The notes beneath the pieces were generated by a model. It was not told the origin of the DNA and ran no database searches. It saw only the letters and a program-made list of their open reading frames with translations. DNA of 64,000 bases from Candidatus Hydrothermales bacterium (GTDB lineage: Bacteria > Hydrothermota > Hydrothermia > Hydrothermales > JAJRUZ01): the NCBI GenBank assembly GCA_039630575.1, contig JBCNUW010000008.1, positions 1 to 64,000 on the forward strand, in the 5' to 3' direction. A program made the position numbers and the translations under genes. How positions within the stretch are numbered: the stretch's first letter is position 1; the number at the start of each line of letters is the position of its first letter. Below, in pieces: positions 39,658-49,827 of the stretch.

Positions 39658-40646
39658 TACTACTTTTATTTACTTTACCTTTACTGAAGGGTCTAACAGG
39701 AGTTTCATATCCTGTTGATTTTCTTGATCGTTTCGTGACATCTGCTTTTACAAAACCAGAGGAAAAGTTTGGATTTTTTTACGAAATTCCAACTCAAATG
39801 AGTTTTTTTTCAATAGTTTATAGGAATTTTTCATTTGAATCGGATACCAGAAATTATGTTTCTTTTTCAAGTGGAACTTATGCAGAAAAGGTGTCTTTTT
39901 CTTTAAGAACAAAAATAATTTTTGTTAATAAAACCCTAGATGGTATAGGAGTAGGTTCAGCTCTATTACATGCTCCCAATAACTTTATGTCTTTTGGCTT
40001 TTATGCTGAAGGAATACAAAATTTAAGGATTAATACTAACTATTTAACCGCACAAATTGGTATTTCTCTTCATCAAAGAGGTTTTGCCTTTAACACTGAA
40101 CCTGTTTTTACAACTGATTCTTTAGGCATAAGGCTTGGTGCTACATATCTTTTGAATTTAAGTAATTTTTTATTTGAAAATTTAAAATTTTACGCTGGGT
40201 TACAAGCTTTTAAAAAGAGAGTATTTTCCTTTGGTATCAGTTTTAAAAAAAGTGATATGAAATTCATGGTAGGTTTATTTGGTGAGAAATTTTATTTTGG
40301 ATATGTACTTGATTTTAAAAAGAGAATTTTAATAAAGGAAATTGTTAAAATAAAAGAAGTGCCAATTTATGTTGAAAAAAAAGAAACCCCACCTGAGAAA
40401 GAGATTGTAAAAAAACCTTTAAGAAAAAAAGAAGAGGAAAAAAAAGAGGAAATCCCTCCCTTAACTGAAGAGGAACTTGAATTTTATTACAAAAAAGGTA
40501 TAGAGTTTTATAAAATGGAATTATTGGAAGAAGCAATAAGGTCCTGGGAAGTGATTGTAAAGAGTAATCCTTCATATAAAGATACAAAAAGACTTTATGA
40601 AAAGGCAAAGGAAAGATTAGAAAAACTTAAGAAAATTACAGAATGA
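39654..40646 (+). CDS. Putative outer-membrane beta-strand protein with C-terminal TPR (PorV-like architecture, uncertain)
   Basis: Short signal-like N-terminus, alternating aromatic beta strands, K/E/P linker, TPR YYKKGIEFY...AIRSWE. Confidence 0.45.
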   Translation: MILLLFTLPLLKGLTGVSYPVDFLDRFVTSAFTKPEEKFGFFYEIPTQMSFFSIVYRNFSFESDTRNYVSFSSGTYAEKVSFSLRTKIIFVNKTLDGIGVGSALLHAPNNFMSFGFYAEGIQNLRINTNYLTAQIGISLHQRGFAFNTEPVFTTDSLGIRLGATYLLNLSNFLFENLKFYAGLQAFKKRVFSFGISFKKSDMKFMVGLFGEKFYFGYVLDFKKRILIKEIVKIKEVPIYVEKKETPPEKEIVKKPLRKKEEEKKEEIPPLTEEELEFYYKKGIEFYKMELLEEAIRSWEVIVKSNPSYKDTKRLYEKAKERLEKLKKITE

Positions 40647-41746
40647 AAGGATTTGGAACTTCTTCTCATTTAGAAATAGGTGATAGAGTCTATTATATAG
40701 AGACAAGCTACCTATCAGCACAAGGAGAAATATTTTCAAAAGTAACAAGAGAAGGTAAAGTAGTATCAATAAAAAGGATAGAAGTGGATAAAGATTTGGA
40801 GGAAAGAAAAATTTTTGAAACCTTGAAAAATTTTCATGAAAACTTAGTAAATGAGATTAAAACATGGCTTTCCATAAAAGAAAAGGTAAAAGAGGAGCCT
40901 CTTGAAATGTACGTGAAATTAGCAGAGAAAATGTTAAGAATTGGACTTCTTGAGGAGTCAAAAGAACTTCTTGAAGATAAGATAAAATTAAATGAAAATT
41001 ACGGTCCATTAAATTTTGTTTTAGGACAAATTTACTTTTACTTAAAAGATTATGAAAAATCAAGCTTATTTTTCGAAAAGGCTATACAGGATAGAGATTA
41101 TGCTAACTATTTTCTATGGGCAGGAAGAGTTTTTAGAATAAAAAATGAATTTACAAGGAGTATATCTTATCTTAAAAAAGCTATTGAAAAAAATCCCTCT
41201 TATGCAGAAGCTCACTTTGAGATGGGTCTTTCTTTACTAGACCTTGTACTTAACTCTGGATCAACTATTCCCTTCAAAACTATAATACTTTCTTTCAAAA
41301 GTGCAGAGATCTTGGATCCAAGGTTTAGAAATGAAAAATTTAAAAACGGTTTAACCTTACTTGAAAATGGCGAAATTGTGGAGGCAAAAAGACTTTTTGA
41401 AGAATTCTTTTATTCTCTTAAACCCCATGATGTTCATGAAATCCTTGAGGAATTCATCATTCTTACAAAATATGCAGATAGGGAAAAATTGAGGATAGTA
41501 GTAGACGATTATATTTTAAAACTAAAAGAATTAAGAGATGAACATCCTGAATATGCTGATGTTAGGTTTAACTTAGCACTAGCTTTTTTCATTAAAATAA
41601 AAACTCTTTTTGAAGAAGCCCAAATTGAGCTCGAAAATGCCCTTTCAATAAATCCTGATTATGAAGCTGCAAAAAAGGCATTAGAACTTTTAAAAAATGA
41701 AAGTGAAGGCTTTGCCCTTTTTATTAAAACTATCGGGAGGTTATAG
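40643..41746 (+). CDS. TPR protein
   Basis: TPRs with NPSYAEAHF, PEYADVRFNLA, INPDY. Confidence 0.75.
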   Translation: MKGFGTSSHLEIGDRVYYIETSYLSAQGEIFSKVTREGKVVSIKRIEVDKDLEERKIFETLKNFHENLVNEIKTWLSIKEKVKEEPLEMYVKLAEKMLRIGLLEESKELLEDKIKLNENYGPLNFVLGQIYFYLKDYEKSSLFFEKAIQDRDYANYFLWAGRVFRIKNEFTRSISYLKKAIEKNPSYAEAHFEMGLSLLDLVLNSGSTIPFKTIILSFKSAEILDPRFRNEKFKNGLTLLENGEIVEAKRLFEEFFYSLKPHDVHEILEEFIILTKYADREKLRIVVDDYILKLKELRDEHPEYADVRFNLALAFFIKIKTLFEEAQIELENALSINPDYEAAKKALELLKNESEGFALFIKTIGRL

Positions 41747-41747
41747 T

Positions 41748-44267
41748 ATGATTTTTGTTCTAATTTCTTTCTTAAACTTAGAAATAAAGAATCTATTAAA
41801 TGAAAAAGGTTATATTAACTTGTGGCTAAAATCAAATAATATCACAAGACTTTCAAATATTCTTGAAAATCATGGAGCTAGAATAAGAGCCATTTCTAAC
41901 TGGGAAAAATTTCTATCTTGCTATTTTCCAGTACACCTTCTAAAATTTATAGAGCTTAAAGAAACTTTCAGTGAATATTATGTTGTTAAAAAGGGGAAAA
42001 AATTTTATAATAATGTAAAACCTCTTTCCTTTTCTCCATCAGATTACGGAAGCTCTTATGAAGTGATAAAGTTCTTAAAAATTGACGAAGTTCATAAAAG
42101 AGGTTTTATAGGTCAAAATGTAAAGTTGTCGATATTTGATACAGGTTTTGATCTTAACCATCCTGCTCTAATTCACATAAGGGAGGGCAACAGAATAAGA
42201 TTTACCTATGATTTTAACAGTGGAGATTCACTGTTCCTTAAAGTTGGAAGTATAAATTATGGTGTACCAAGAATAAGAGCGATTGGCTATGTGGGAAAAA
42301 CATCTCTAACAGGTAATAAAGATACCCTGTATATTTTTTATAATTTTTTAAATGAAAGAGATAATAGTAAAAATCTCTGGAAAATATACGGAAATGTTTT
42401 TTTAAACAATAACTTTACACAAAGAGACAGATTTAATCCCTTAAGCCCTGATACGATCTCTCTTTTACCCTCTGCAGTTTATTATAAGGGTAAAGTGTGT
42501 TTAGCTTATAAGATTTTACTTTTAAACAGTGAGGCTATTAATGTGACATTTCTGAGTAAAAACCTTACAAAAGATTCTTCTAAAATTTTAGTACAAACTC
42601 CTTTTATTTATGACATTGACATTTTTGATTTTAAAAACAATATAAACGTTATATATTCAGATACTTTTTCTATTAAAATAATCGACCTTAAAAGCAACTT
42701 GTTGTTCTCAAAAAATGTAAAGGCTTTTTCGGTAGATGCAGAAAAAAAGAACGATTTAATTTTTGTTTTATATGAAATTGGAATTCTAAAACCTTTATCA
42801 GGAGTTATAATTCTTGATACACTTTATAGAGTTATAAAAGATACTATTATCTCACCCGGACAATTTTCCTCTATTAAATTTAAGGAAGATACGACACTTG
42901 TTCTTCTTGTATCTGGAAATGAAAGGGATACTCTTTATGAATTAAAGTTTGATGATAGTTTTAATATTTTTCTTAAAAAAACTATAGATGTGGGTTTTTT
43001 TATAAGAAGCCCCGTATACTTTCAAGATAAAATCTACTATACAAAAAATGGGTTTATCTATCACTTTTATAGAGGAGCTATAGATTCTATTCTTGAGTAT
43101 TTCGTTGATGATTTAAATTGTTATAATGATTTTGTTGTTTTTAGAAGAAGAGGAGATAGGAAAGTTAATCTTGATCCTTTAACGGATTTTACAGATCCTC
43201 TTTCAGGTGCTTATCATGGAACGAGGATGCTCGGATTGATAGGAGGTTATACACCTGGTGAGCTTATAGGAACAGCTCCTGGAGCTGAGTTTTTACTTTT
43301 TAAAACAGAGAGAACAAAAACCGTTGAAGGTTATAATTTTGAAAATGTTGTTGAGGAGGATTTTTGGGTTGAAGCTCTTGAACTTTCTCATAGGTTAGGT
43401 GCGAAAATTGTGTCTTCTTCTTTAGGATACTCAGATTGGTATACAAAGAAAGACATGAACGGGAAAACAGCAATATCTTCAAGGGTTGCTTCTAAGGCTC
43501 TTTCAAAGGGTATTTTAGTTTTTACTGCTGCGGGAAATGTATCTCATCAAGATACAACAAAGGCTGATACAACTATTGTAGCACCCGGTGACGCTGATTC
43601 TGTTATAACTGTTGGTGGAGTAAAACTTAACGGTAAAGTTTGGAATAGCTCTGCTTTTGGTCCTACCTCTGATGGAAGAATAAAGCCAGACATAGTTGCT
43701 CCTTATACTTCAAATACTTTATATAAGGAGATTACTTCTTCAGGAGATTCTATTTATTCATATTCTCAAGCTCAGGGGACTTCTGTTTCAACAGCACTTA
43801 TGGCTGGTTTTGCTGCCTCTGTCCTTTCAGCTCATCCAAGTTGGAGTGCTAGAAAACTTTATCTCTCTATAATTAAGACTTCTTCAAAGTACTTATCCCC
43901 TGACAACTTTTATGGTTACGGTGTTCCGGACGCACTTAATGCTTTAAATTACGAAAAGGTTGAAATACCCTCAAGAGAAGGTGAGAAATCTAGAATAATT
44001 TCTGTTTATCCAAATCCTATGAAAGGTGAAATTCTAAATATTGATTATATTGTTAATGAAGGTCTAACACCTGTGTCTTTGAAAATTTTTACCCCTTCAG
44101 GAAGAAAGATTTATGAAAAAAGTTTTATAATAAAACCTTTAGGTAGATATAAAGAGGTGATTAATTTAAATTTAGATATGGATAAAAAAATTTCTTCTGG
44201 TTTTTACATAATAGTTCTTGAAACTTCAGAATCAAAAGATTATATGAAATTAATTGTTGAAAAATGA
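41748..44267 (+). CDS. S8 subtilase with large insertion and T9SS C-terminal sorting domain
   Basis: FDTG, HGT, AAGN, GTSVS catalytic motifs; KPDIVAP; CTD VYPNP...IFTPSGRKI...SGFYII...KLIVEK; start ATG 41748 after GGGAGG. Confidence 0.85.
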   Translation: MIFVLISFLNLEIKNLLNEKGYINLWLKSNNITRLSNILENHGARIRAISNWEKFLSCYFPVHLLKFIELKETFSEYYVVKKGKKFYNNVKPLSFSPSDYGSSYEVIKFLKIDEVHKRGFIGQNVKLSIFDTGFDLNHPALIHIREGNRIRFTYDFNSGDSLFLKVGSINYGVPRIRAIGYVGKTSLTGNKDTLYIFYNFLNERDNSKNLWKIYGNVFLNNNFTQRDRFNPLSPDTISLLPSAVYYKGKVCLAYKILLLNSEAINVTFLSKNLTKDSSKILVQTPFIYDIDIFDFKNNINVIYSDTFSIKIIDLKSNLLFSKNVKAFSVDAEKKNDLIFVLYEIGILKPLSGVIILDTLYRVIKDTIISPGQFSSIKFKEDTTLVLLVSGNERDTLYELKFDDSFNIFLKKTIDVGFFIRSPVYFQDKIYYTKNGFIYHFYRGAIDSILEYFVDDLNCYNDFVVFRRRGDRKVNLDPLTDFTDPLSGAYHGTRMLGLIGGYTPGELIGTAPGAEFLLFKTERTKTVEGYNFENVVEEDFWVEALELSHRLGAKIVSSSLGYSDWYTKKDMNGKTAISSRVASKALSKGILVFTAAGNVSHQDTTKADTTIVAPGDADSVITVGGVKLNGKVWNSSAFGPTSDGRIKPDIVAPYTSNTLYKEITSSGDSIYSYSQAQGTSVSTALMAGFAASVLSAHPSWSARKLYLSIIKTSSKYLSPDNFYGYGVPDALNALNYEKVEIPSREGEKSRIISVYPNPMKGEILNIDYIVNEGLTPVSLKIFTPSGRKIYEKSFIIKPLGRYKEVINLNLDMDKKISSGFYIIVLETSESKDYMKLIVEK

Positions 44268-45610
44268 AGATAAAAAGAATACTTATTGCCAATAGAGGGG
44301 AAATAGCTGTTAGGATAATTTATGCCTGTAAGGAGTTAGGTATTGAATCAGTTGCTGTTTATTCAGAGGTAGATAGGGACTCCTTACATGTTTTTTTGGC
44401 GGATCAATCAATTTGCATAGGACCTGCTCCGTCTTCTCAAAGTTATTTAAATATTCCAAGAATTATATCAGCAGCTGAAATTACAGGGTGTGATGCGATT
44501 CATCCTGGATATGGTTTTTTATCAGAAAATGCAGAATTTTCGGAGATAGTTAAATCATCTGGTTTTATTTTTATTGGTCCTGAACCTGAACATATTTCAA
44601 AGATGGGTGATAAGGCAATGGCAAGGAAAATAATGAAGGAAGCTGGTGTTCCTGTAATACCAGGTTCTGAAGGTGTGGTTGAGAGTTTAGATGAAGCATT
44701 GGGTGTAGCAAGGGAGATTGGTTTTCCTGTAATTTTGAAAGCCAGTGCAGGAGGCGGTGGAAAGGGTATGAGAGTAGTTAAAAGTGAAAAAGATTTTGAG
44801 ATTAATTTCAAAACAGCACAGGCAGAAGCTAAGGCTGCCTTTGGAGATGGAAGATTATATATTGAAAAGTTTATAGAAAAACCCAAACACATTGAAGTCC
44901 AAGTAATAGGTGATGGAAATGGTAAAGTTTTAACACTGTTTGAAAGAGAATGCACCATTCAGAGAAAACACCAAAAAATTTTAGAAGAAGCTCCTTCACC
45001 CTCAATAGACGAAAAAACAAGATGTAAACTTATGGAATTTGCAAGAAAAGGTGCTGAGGCTATCAATTATAAATCTGCGGGAACTTTAGAATTTCTTATG
45101 GATGAAAATAAAAATTTATATTTCATAGAGATGAATACAAGAATACAAGTTGAACATCCTATTACAGAATTTATTACTGGAATTGATTTAATAAAAACAC
45201 AGATAGAATTAGAAGAGAAAGGAAAATTGGAGTTAGATCAGAGTGCTATAGAAAAAAGAGGACATGCTATAGAGGTTAGAATAAATGCGGAGAATCCGGA
45301 TAAAGGTTTTATGCCCTCTCCAGGAATTATAAAGACATTGCACCTTCCTGGCGGTCCAGGTGTAAGGGTGGATTCCTTCATATATGCAGGATATGAGGTT
45401 AAACCTTTTTACGATTCTTTGATTGCAAAACTCATTGTTTATGAAAGAACAAGAGATGCAGCAATAAGAAGATTAAAAAGAGCACTTGAGGAGACAATAA
45501 TAGAAGGAATCCATACAACCATTCCGCTTCATAAAAAAATTATTGAGGATAAGGATTTCATTGAAGGTAATTTTGATACGAATTTTCTTGAAAAATTTAT
45601 AAAAAAATAA
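44264..45610 (+). CDS. accC: Acetyl-CoA carboxylase biotin carboxylase
   Basis: IANRGEIA, HPGYGFLSEN, GGGGKGM, EMNTRIQVEH, YDSLIAKL. Confidence 0.96.
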   Translation: MKIKRILIANRGEIAVRIIYACKELGIESVAVYSEVDRDSLHVFLADQSICIGPAPSSQSYLNIPRIISAAEITGCDAIHPGYGFLSENAEFSEIVKSSGFIFIGPEPEHISKMGDKAMARKIMKEAGVPVIPGSEGVVESLDEALGVAREIGFPVILKASAGGGGKGMRVVKSEKDFEINFKTAQAEAKAAFGDGRLYIEKFIEKPKHIEVQVIGDGNGKVLTLFERECTIQRKHQKILEEAPSPSIDEKTRCKLMEFARKGAEAINYKSAGTLEFLMDENKNLYFIEMNTRIQVEHPITEFITGIDLIKTQIELEEKGKLELDQSAIEKRGHAIEVRINAENPDKGFMPSPGIIKTLHLPGGPGVRVDSFIYAGYEVKPFYDSLIAKLIVYERTRDAAIRRLKRALEETIIEGIHTTIPLHKKIIEDKDFIEGNFDTNFLEKFIKK

Positions 45611-45618
45611 AATTTTAT

Positions 45619-47652
45619 TTAAAAAGATATTTCCTCTTGAGCCCAGGAAATTAACCTGTTTCTACCACTTTTTTTTGCTATATAAAGTGCTCTATCTGCC
45701 TTTTCTATCAAAGTTCCCCTTTCCTTTGTATCCAAGGGGAAAGAGGCAATTCCCATACTAACAGTAACAAAAACCCTTTCTCCATCCTCTGTGTAAAACT
45801 CCTCTTTTTCTATTCTCTTTCTTATCTCTTCACCTTTGTGTTTTGCATATTCTTTTGAGCCTTCTATTATCAATGCAAACTCTTCTCCTCCATATCTTCC
45901 AGGAATTCCAACTCTTTCTGTTTCCTCTCTTAGAATCTCAGCTATTTTCACAAGAACTTTATCGCCAAATGGATGGCCATACGTGTCGTTTATTTTTTTA
46001 AAATGATCAACATCAACCAAAATTAAACTAAAGGGTGTATTCCTTTTAATATGATCCAAAAGTTTTTCCTGAAAGGTTTTATGATTATAAAGCCCTGTTA
46101 GTGAATCTCTCACAGCAAGATCCAAAGTTTTTTCAAACAAAAGTGCTTTTTCTAATGAAATCTGTGCCTGTTGAATTAAAAACTCAAAGATTTCTTTATC
46201 TTTTTCATCAAAATAGTCTGAATATTTTGAAAAGAGAGCAAGAGCATAATTTATTTTCCCCTCGATTCTTATTGGAAAAGCAAGAATTGACCTTATATCA
46301 GGATTTATCTTCCCTATAACCGGAATAGAACTTTTTATTCTACCTGTAAAAACTGGAAAACCGCTTTTAAAAAGTAAGGAAATTATTGAATCCTCTGAGT
46401 GCACAAACCTAGAACCTGATTTTATCCAATCCTTTTCCTGATTGATTGCCAAACATCTTATTTCATCTAATTTTTTCTCAAAAATACATATTATATCACT
46501 TTTTTTTAAAATTTCGGAAACATGGATTATCTTTTCAGCAACCTCCTTTAAGCGAAGCTTACCCGCTGTCTCTTTTGCTAACTCAAAAAGAGCCCTAAAT
46601 CTTGATGCTAGCAAATTTTCATTCTTTAATAAAACGAAAAATTTCAAAAATAAATTTGTTTCTTTTGAGAGTAAGTCTAAAAATTTAAGATCATTTTCAG
46701 AAAATCCTTTTATCTCCTCTTTATCTGCATAAATAAATCCATAAAGATCTCCTTCAGAAAAAATAGGAACAATACACACTGATCCGAGTTTTACATTAGA
46801 TTCGTAAAAACCTATATCATAGCCAGAACCTGAAAATTCAGGAAAATAAATTCTTTCATTTTTTTCTGTAGCTAATTTAATAAGAGGGGAATATAATGGA
46901 ACTATCCCTTTGTTTTTAAAAAATTTCTTTTTTGAATAAGAAGTTTCAACTCTAAAACCCTGTGCAAGTGGATCATAAAATAAAAAGGCTATTGAATTTG
47001 GAAAAATTATATCTTTGTATACTTCCTTTAAATGATTTAGAGCAAATTTAAAAAGTGGAACCGGTTTCTCAGGATAAACCTGAGTTTTTAGCTCTTTTAA
47101 AAGTTTTTCAGAGGGAACCTTTTCAATTTCAAAAAGCCTTAACTTTGAAGAAATTTTTTCAATTTCCTCCCTTAAAATTTGACCTTTTCTACTTTCTCGG
47201 TATAAAAGAAGAAATAAAAATATGGAATATAGAAAAAAAATAAGAGAATAGTAACCAGTTTCTTTAAAAATTATAAAAGTTGGAAAGAAAGATAAAAATA
47301 ATATCAAAAAGGGCGAATCGAAGAAAATTAAAATAAAAAGAAAAGAGAAATAATTAAAGTATGCTTTGTAGAGAAAGGAAAAAAAAATAAAAACTGAAAA
47401 TAGAAGAAACTTATGGGTAATACTCTTTAAACCAAAATTAAGATTTAAAAAGTCTAAAATAACAAAAATAGTTAAAGTAAAAAGAGATAAAATTGAAATT
47501 ATAGGAGGTACCTCAAATTCAAATTTTGATGTAAAAAATGACCCCAAAAGAAGTAAAAAAGATAAAAAAATTAAAAGTGTGTCTATCCTTTTTTCTTTAA
47601 TAAATCTTTTTAATTCTTGTACCTTGATAGTAAAACTTGAGAATACGCTCAT
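45619..47652 (-). CDS. Membrane GAF-GAF diguanylate cyclase
   Basis: N-terminal TM helices, two GAF-like regions, DSLTGLYN, DVDHFKKINDTYGH, RYGGEEF. Confidence 0.9.
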   Translation of the reverse strand: MSVFSSFTIKVQELKRFIKEKRIDTLLIFLSFLLLLGSFFTSKFEFEVPPIISILSLFTLTIFVILDFLNLNFGLKSITHKFLLFSVFIFFSFLYKAYFNYFSFLFILIFFDSPFLILFLSFFPTFIIFKETGYYSLIFFLYSIFLFLLLYRESRKGQILREEIEKISSKLRLFEIEKVPSEKLLKELKTQVYPEKPVPLFKFALNHLKEVYKDIIFPNSIAFLFYDPLAQGFRVETSYSKKKFFKNKGIVPLYSPLIKLATEKNERIYFPEFSGSGYDIGFYESNVKLGSVCIVPIFSEGDLYGFIYADKEEIKGFSENDLKFLDLLSKETNLFLKFFVLLKNENLLASRFRALFELAKETAGKLRLKEVAEKIIHVSEILKKSDIICIFEKKLDEIRCLAINQEKDWIKSGSRFVHSEDSIISLLFKSGFPVFTGRIKSSIPVIGKINPDIRSILAFPIRIEGKINYALALFSKYSDYFDEKDKEIFEFLIQQAQISLEKALLFEKTLDLAVRDSLTGLYNHKTFQEKLLDHIKRNTPFSLILVDVDHFKKINDTYGHPFGDKVLVKIAEILREETERVGIPGRYGGEEFALIIEGSKEYAKHKGEEIRKRIEKEEFYTEDGERVFVTVSMGIASFPLDTKERGTLIEKADRALYIAKKSGRNRLISWAQEEISF

Positions 47653-48829
47653 AGTTTATCCCTTTTTTTGCAAGTTCTAAAGCACCATATTGACATAAAC
47701 CTACTCCGTGTCCGAAACCTCTTCCTAATATTATAAGCCTATCTTTTTCCTTTTTAAAATGAAAAAAATTCGATGGCAAAGGACTTTTTTTCCCGATTAC
47801 TTTACGTATATCATATCCTTTAAAACTAAAGACCCCCTTTTTTGTCTTAATCTCTATTTCAGAAACCCTACCAGATGTCTCGCTTTTTGAAATTTTAAAA
47901 TCAATTACATCACTTGTTGAAAAGGATATACCAGTTAGAGAAGTTAAATTCATTGAGAGATTCTCAACAAACTCTTTTTTTTCAAATTCTCTTTTCCATC
48001 TAAAGTAAGGAGAATTTTTGCAAAGATCTTTACCATTAAAATTACAATTAACAGATTTTAAATAGGGTATAAATTCTTTACTTGGAAAAATCTCATCGTA
48101 ATTTGCAGTTTTTCCTCCACAGGTAGAATGGAATAAGGCTAAAACCACTTCATTTCCGTAGACAAGTACCTCACCTCTTGTCATTTTTATCGCAAGATCT
48201 GTAATCTCATTTTCTTTATCTTTGCCACCATAAACCTGGTCTTTTATATCAGAATAGAGATGAAAAAAATTATCCTTTTTTTCTATATATTTTCTCAAAG
48301 CATAACTTCTTGCACAAACTGTTTGTGCTTTTAAGGCTTCAAAATTTGATAGATAGGGATTTCCTATTTCAAGAGGAACAACTGATTTTAAATAATCCTC
48401 TATTTTGACCCTGTTTATAACTCTTAAATAAGGGTCAACTTCTATTTCACCTCTGAATCTTTTTCCCTGAACTTTTAAATAACCTACCCCTTCAACATAA
48501 AAGACAAGCGGTAAAGAAATATTTAAGTTTTTTCCATTTAGATATACAGCATACATGTTATTTTCTCTAATAAATTTTAATGTTTCGTTTGCATAAAATT
48601 TATATTTTTTCCCTTTTGAATCAATTGCAAAAAAAATAACAGTTCCTGAAATAAAAAGTGGATTTTCACCTTCATTAATTAGAACCTTCAAGACAGGTTC
48701 TTTAATTTTTACCCTTTTAATCCTTTTTTCATAAATCTTTTTTCTTTCAGTTTTTTCTACTGTTGAGTATCTTTTTAGCTCCCTTTTGGCACAAGAAAAT
48801 AAAAGCAAAACTATTAAAAATTTCTTCAT
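47597..48829 (-). CDS. SpoIID/LytB-domain lipoprotein (peptidoglycan lytic enzyme)
   Basis: Lipobox LFS-C; YL.SVVP.E, ALKAQ..ARSY, DQVY, FHSTCGG, GFGHGVGLCQYGA. Confidence 0.9.
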   Translation of the reverse strand: MKKFLIVLLLFSCAKRELKRYSTVEKTERKKIYEKRIKRVKIKEPVLKVLINEGENPLFISGTVIFFAIDSKGKKYKFYANETLKFIRENNMYAVYLNGKNLNISLPLVFYVEGVGYLKVQGKRFRGEIEVDPYLRVINRVKIEDYLKSVVPLEIGNPYLSNFEALKAQTVCARSYALRKYIEKKDNFFHLYSDIKDQVYGGKDKENEITDLAIKMTRGEVLVYGNEVVLALFHSTCGGKTANYDEIFPSKEFIPYLKSVNCNFNGKDLCKNSPYFRWKREFEKKEFVENLSMNLTSLTGISFSTSDVIDFKISKSETSGRVSEIEIKTKKGVFSFKGYDIRKVIGKKSPLPSNFFHFKKEKDRLIILGRGFGHGVGLCQYGALELAKKGINYERILKFYYQGTRIKKIY

Positions 48830-49827
48830 TTTATAATCTTTTTAAGGTGGTTCTCAAAAAAGAAATAGTGAGAACCCATCCAGTAGATCTTATCACATTT
48901 TTTACATATGTAGAAGTTTTCTTGTGTTTTATATGTGTAATAGGGAACTTTCCCTTTAATTTTTGCTTTATCAATTTCTTCTATATGACTGTTACATAGA
49001 GGACATCTTGAAAAAACATCAATTTTTTCTTTTAAATCAAAAAAATCTATAATTCTTTTTATTCTTATTTTAAATTCTCCTTCGGGAACTTTAAAAATCT
49101 TCCAACTTGGAAATAAATTTATTTTCTTTTTTCTTGTTATTAAAAATCTTTTTTCTTCATAAATACCTTTTATGATGTTTCTTAAATTATTGGAACTTAC
49201 AGTGTCAAATCCTATTAACCTAAGCCACTTTGCCTCTCTTAGGCAAGTTGAATCACAGATGAATTTAGGTTTTCTGTTTTTTATTTGATCATAAATTTCT
49301 TTTGCTTTTATTTCCAGGGTTTTTTTATCACTTTCGTTTTCTACCACAAAATCTGCTAATTTTTCTTTATCTTTGAATATGTTTTGAAAATAAATTATTT
49401 TTTTGAAAAGATCTAAATCATATCCTTTATTTTTTGCCCTTTCAAGTAAAATATTTTCACTGGCTTTCAAATAAACTACATAATCCATGATTCTATCTGC
49501 TTTTGCTTCATAAATAAGGGCACCCTCTACTAAATAGTAACCATCTTTTCCATTCTCAATAATTTTTTTTACTTCTTTTTTTATTTTTCCGTGAATCCAT
49601 CTTTCATATTCAGATTTTATTTTAATATCTTTAAAAATAATTTCTGCAATTTCTCTCCTTTCCAAATAGGAGCCAAAAATTTTTTTTATTTTTTCTTTAT
49701 TCTCTTCGATTATCTTATGTCCTATCTTGTCAGCTTCAATCCAAATAGCACCTTTTTTTTCGAGTATTTTACAAAATTCACTTTTACCTGAGGAAATATT
49801 ACCGGTAACACCTATTACTATTTTCAA
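48826..49827 (-). CDS. coaE: Dephospho-CoA kinase fused to Mut7-C (PIN-like, zinc ribbon) domain
   Basis: GVTGNISSGKS, ADKIGH; then KFICD...AKWLRLIGFDT, SRCPLCN, CKKCDKIYWMGSH in one frame. Confidence 0.85.
   Translation of the reverse strand: MKIVIGVTGNISSGKSEFCKILEKKGAIWIEADKIGHKIIEENKEKIKKIFGSYLERREIAEIIFKDIKIKSEYERWIHGKIKKEVKKIIENGKDGYYLVEGALIYEAKADRIMDYVVYLKASENILLERAKNKGYDLDLFKKIIYFQNIFKDKEKLADFVVENESDKKTLEIKAKEIYDQIKNRKPKFICDSTCLREAKWLRLIGFDTVSSNNLRNIIKGIYEEKRFLITRKKKINLFPSWKIFKVPEGEFKIRIKRIIDFFDLKEKIDVFSRCPLCNSHIEEIDKAKIKGKVPYYTYKTQENFYICKKCDKIYWMGSHYFFFENHLKKIIK

Noticed and set aside
42160..43160. S8 insertion as an intein or intron
   Set aside because: Frame continuous; no intein terminal residues or LAGLIDADG blocks
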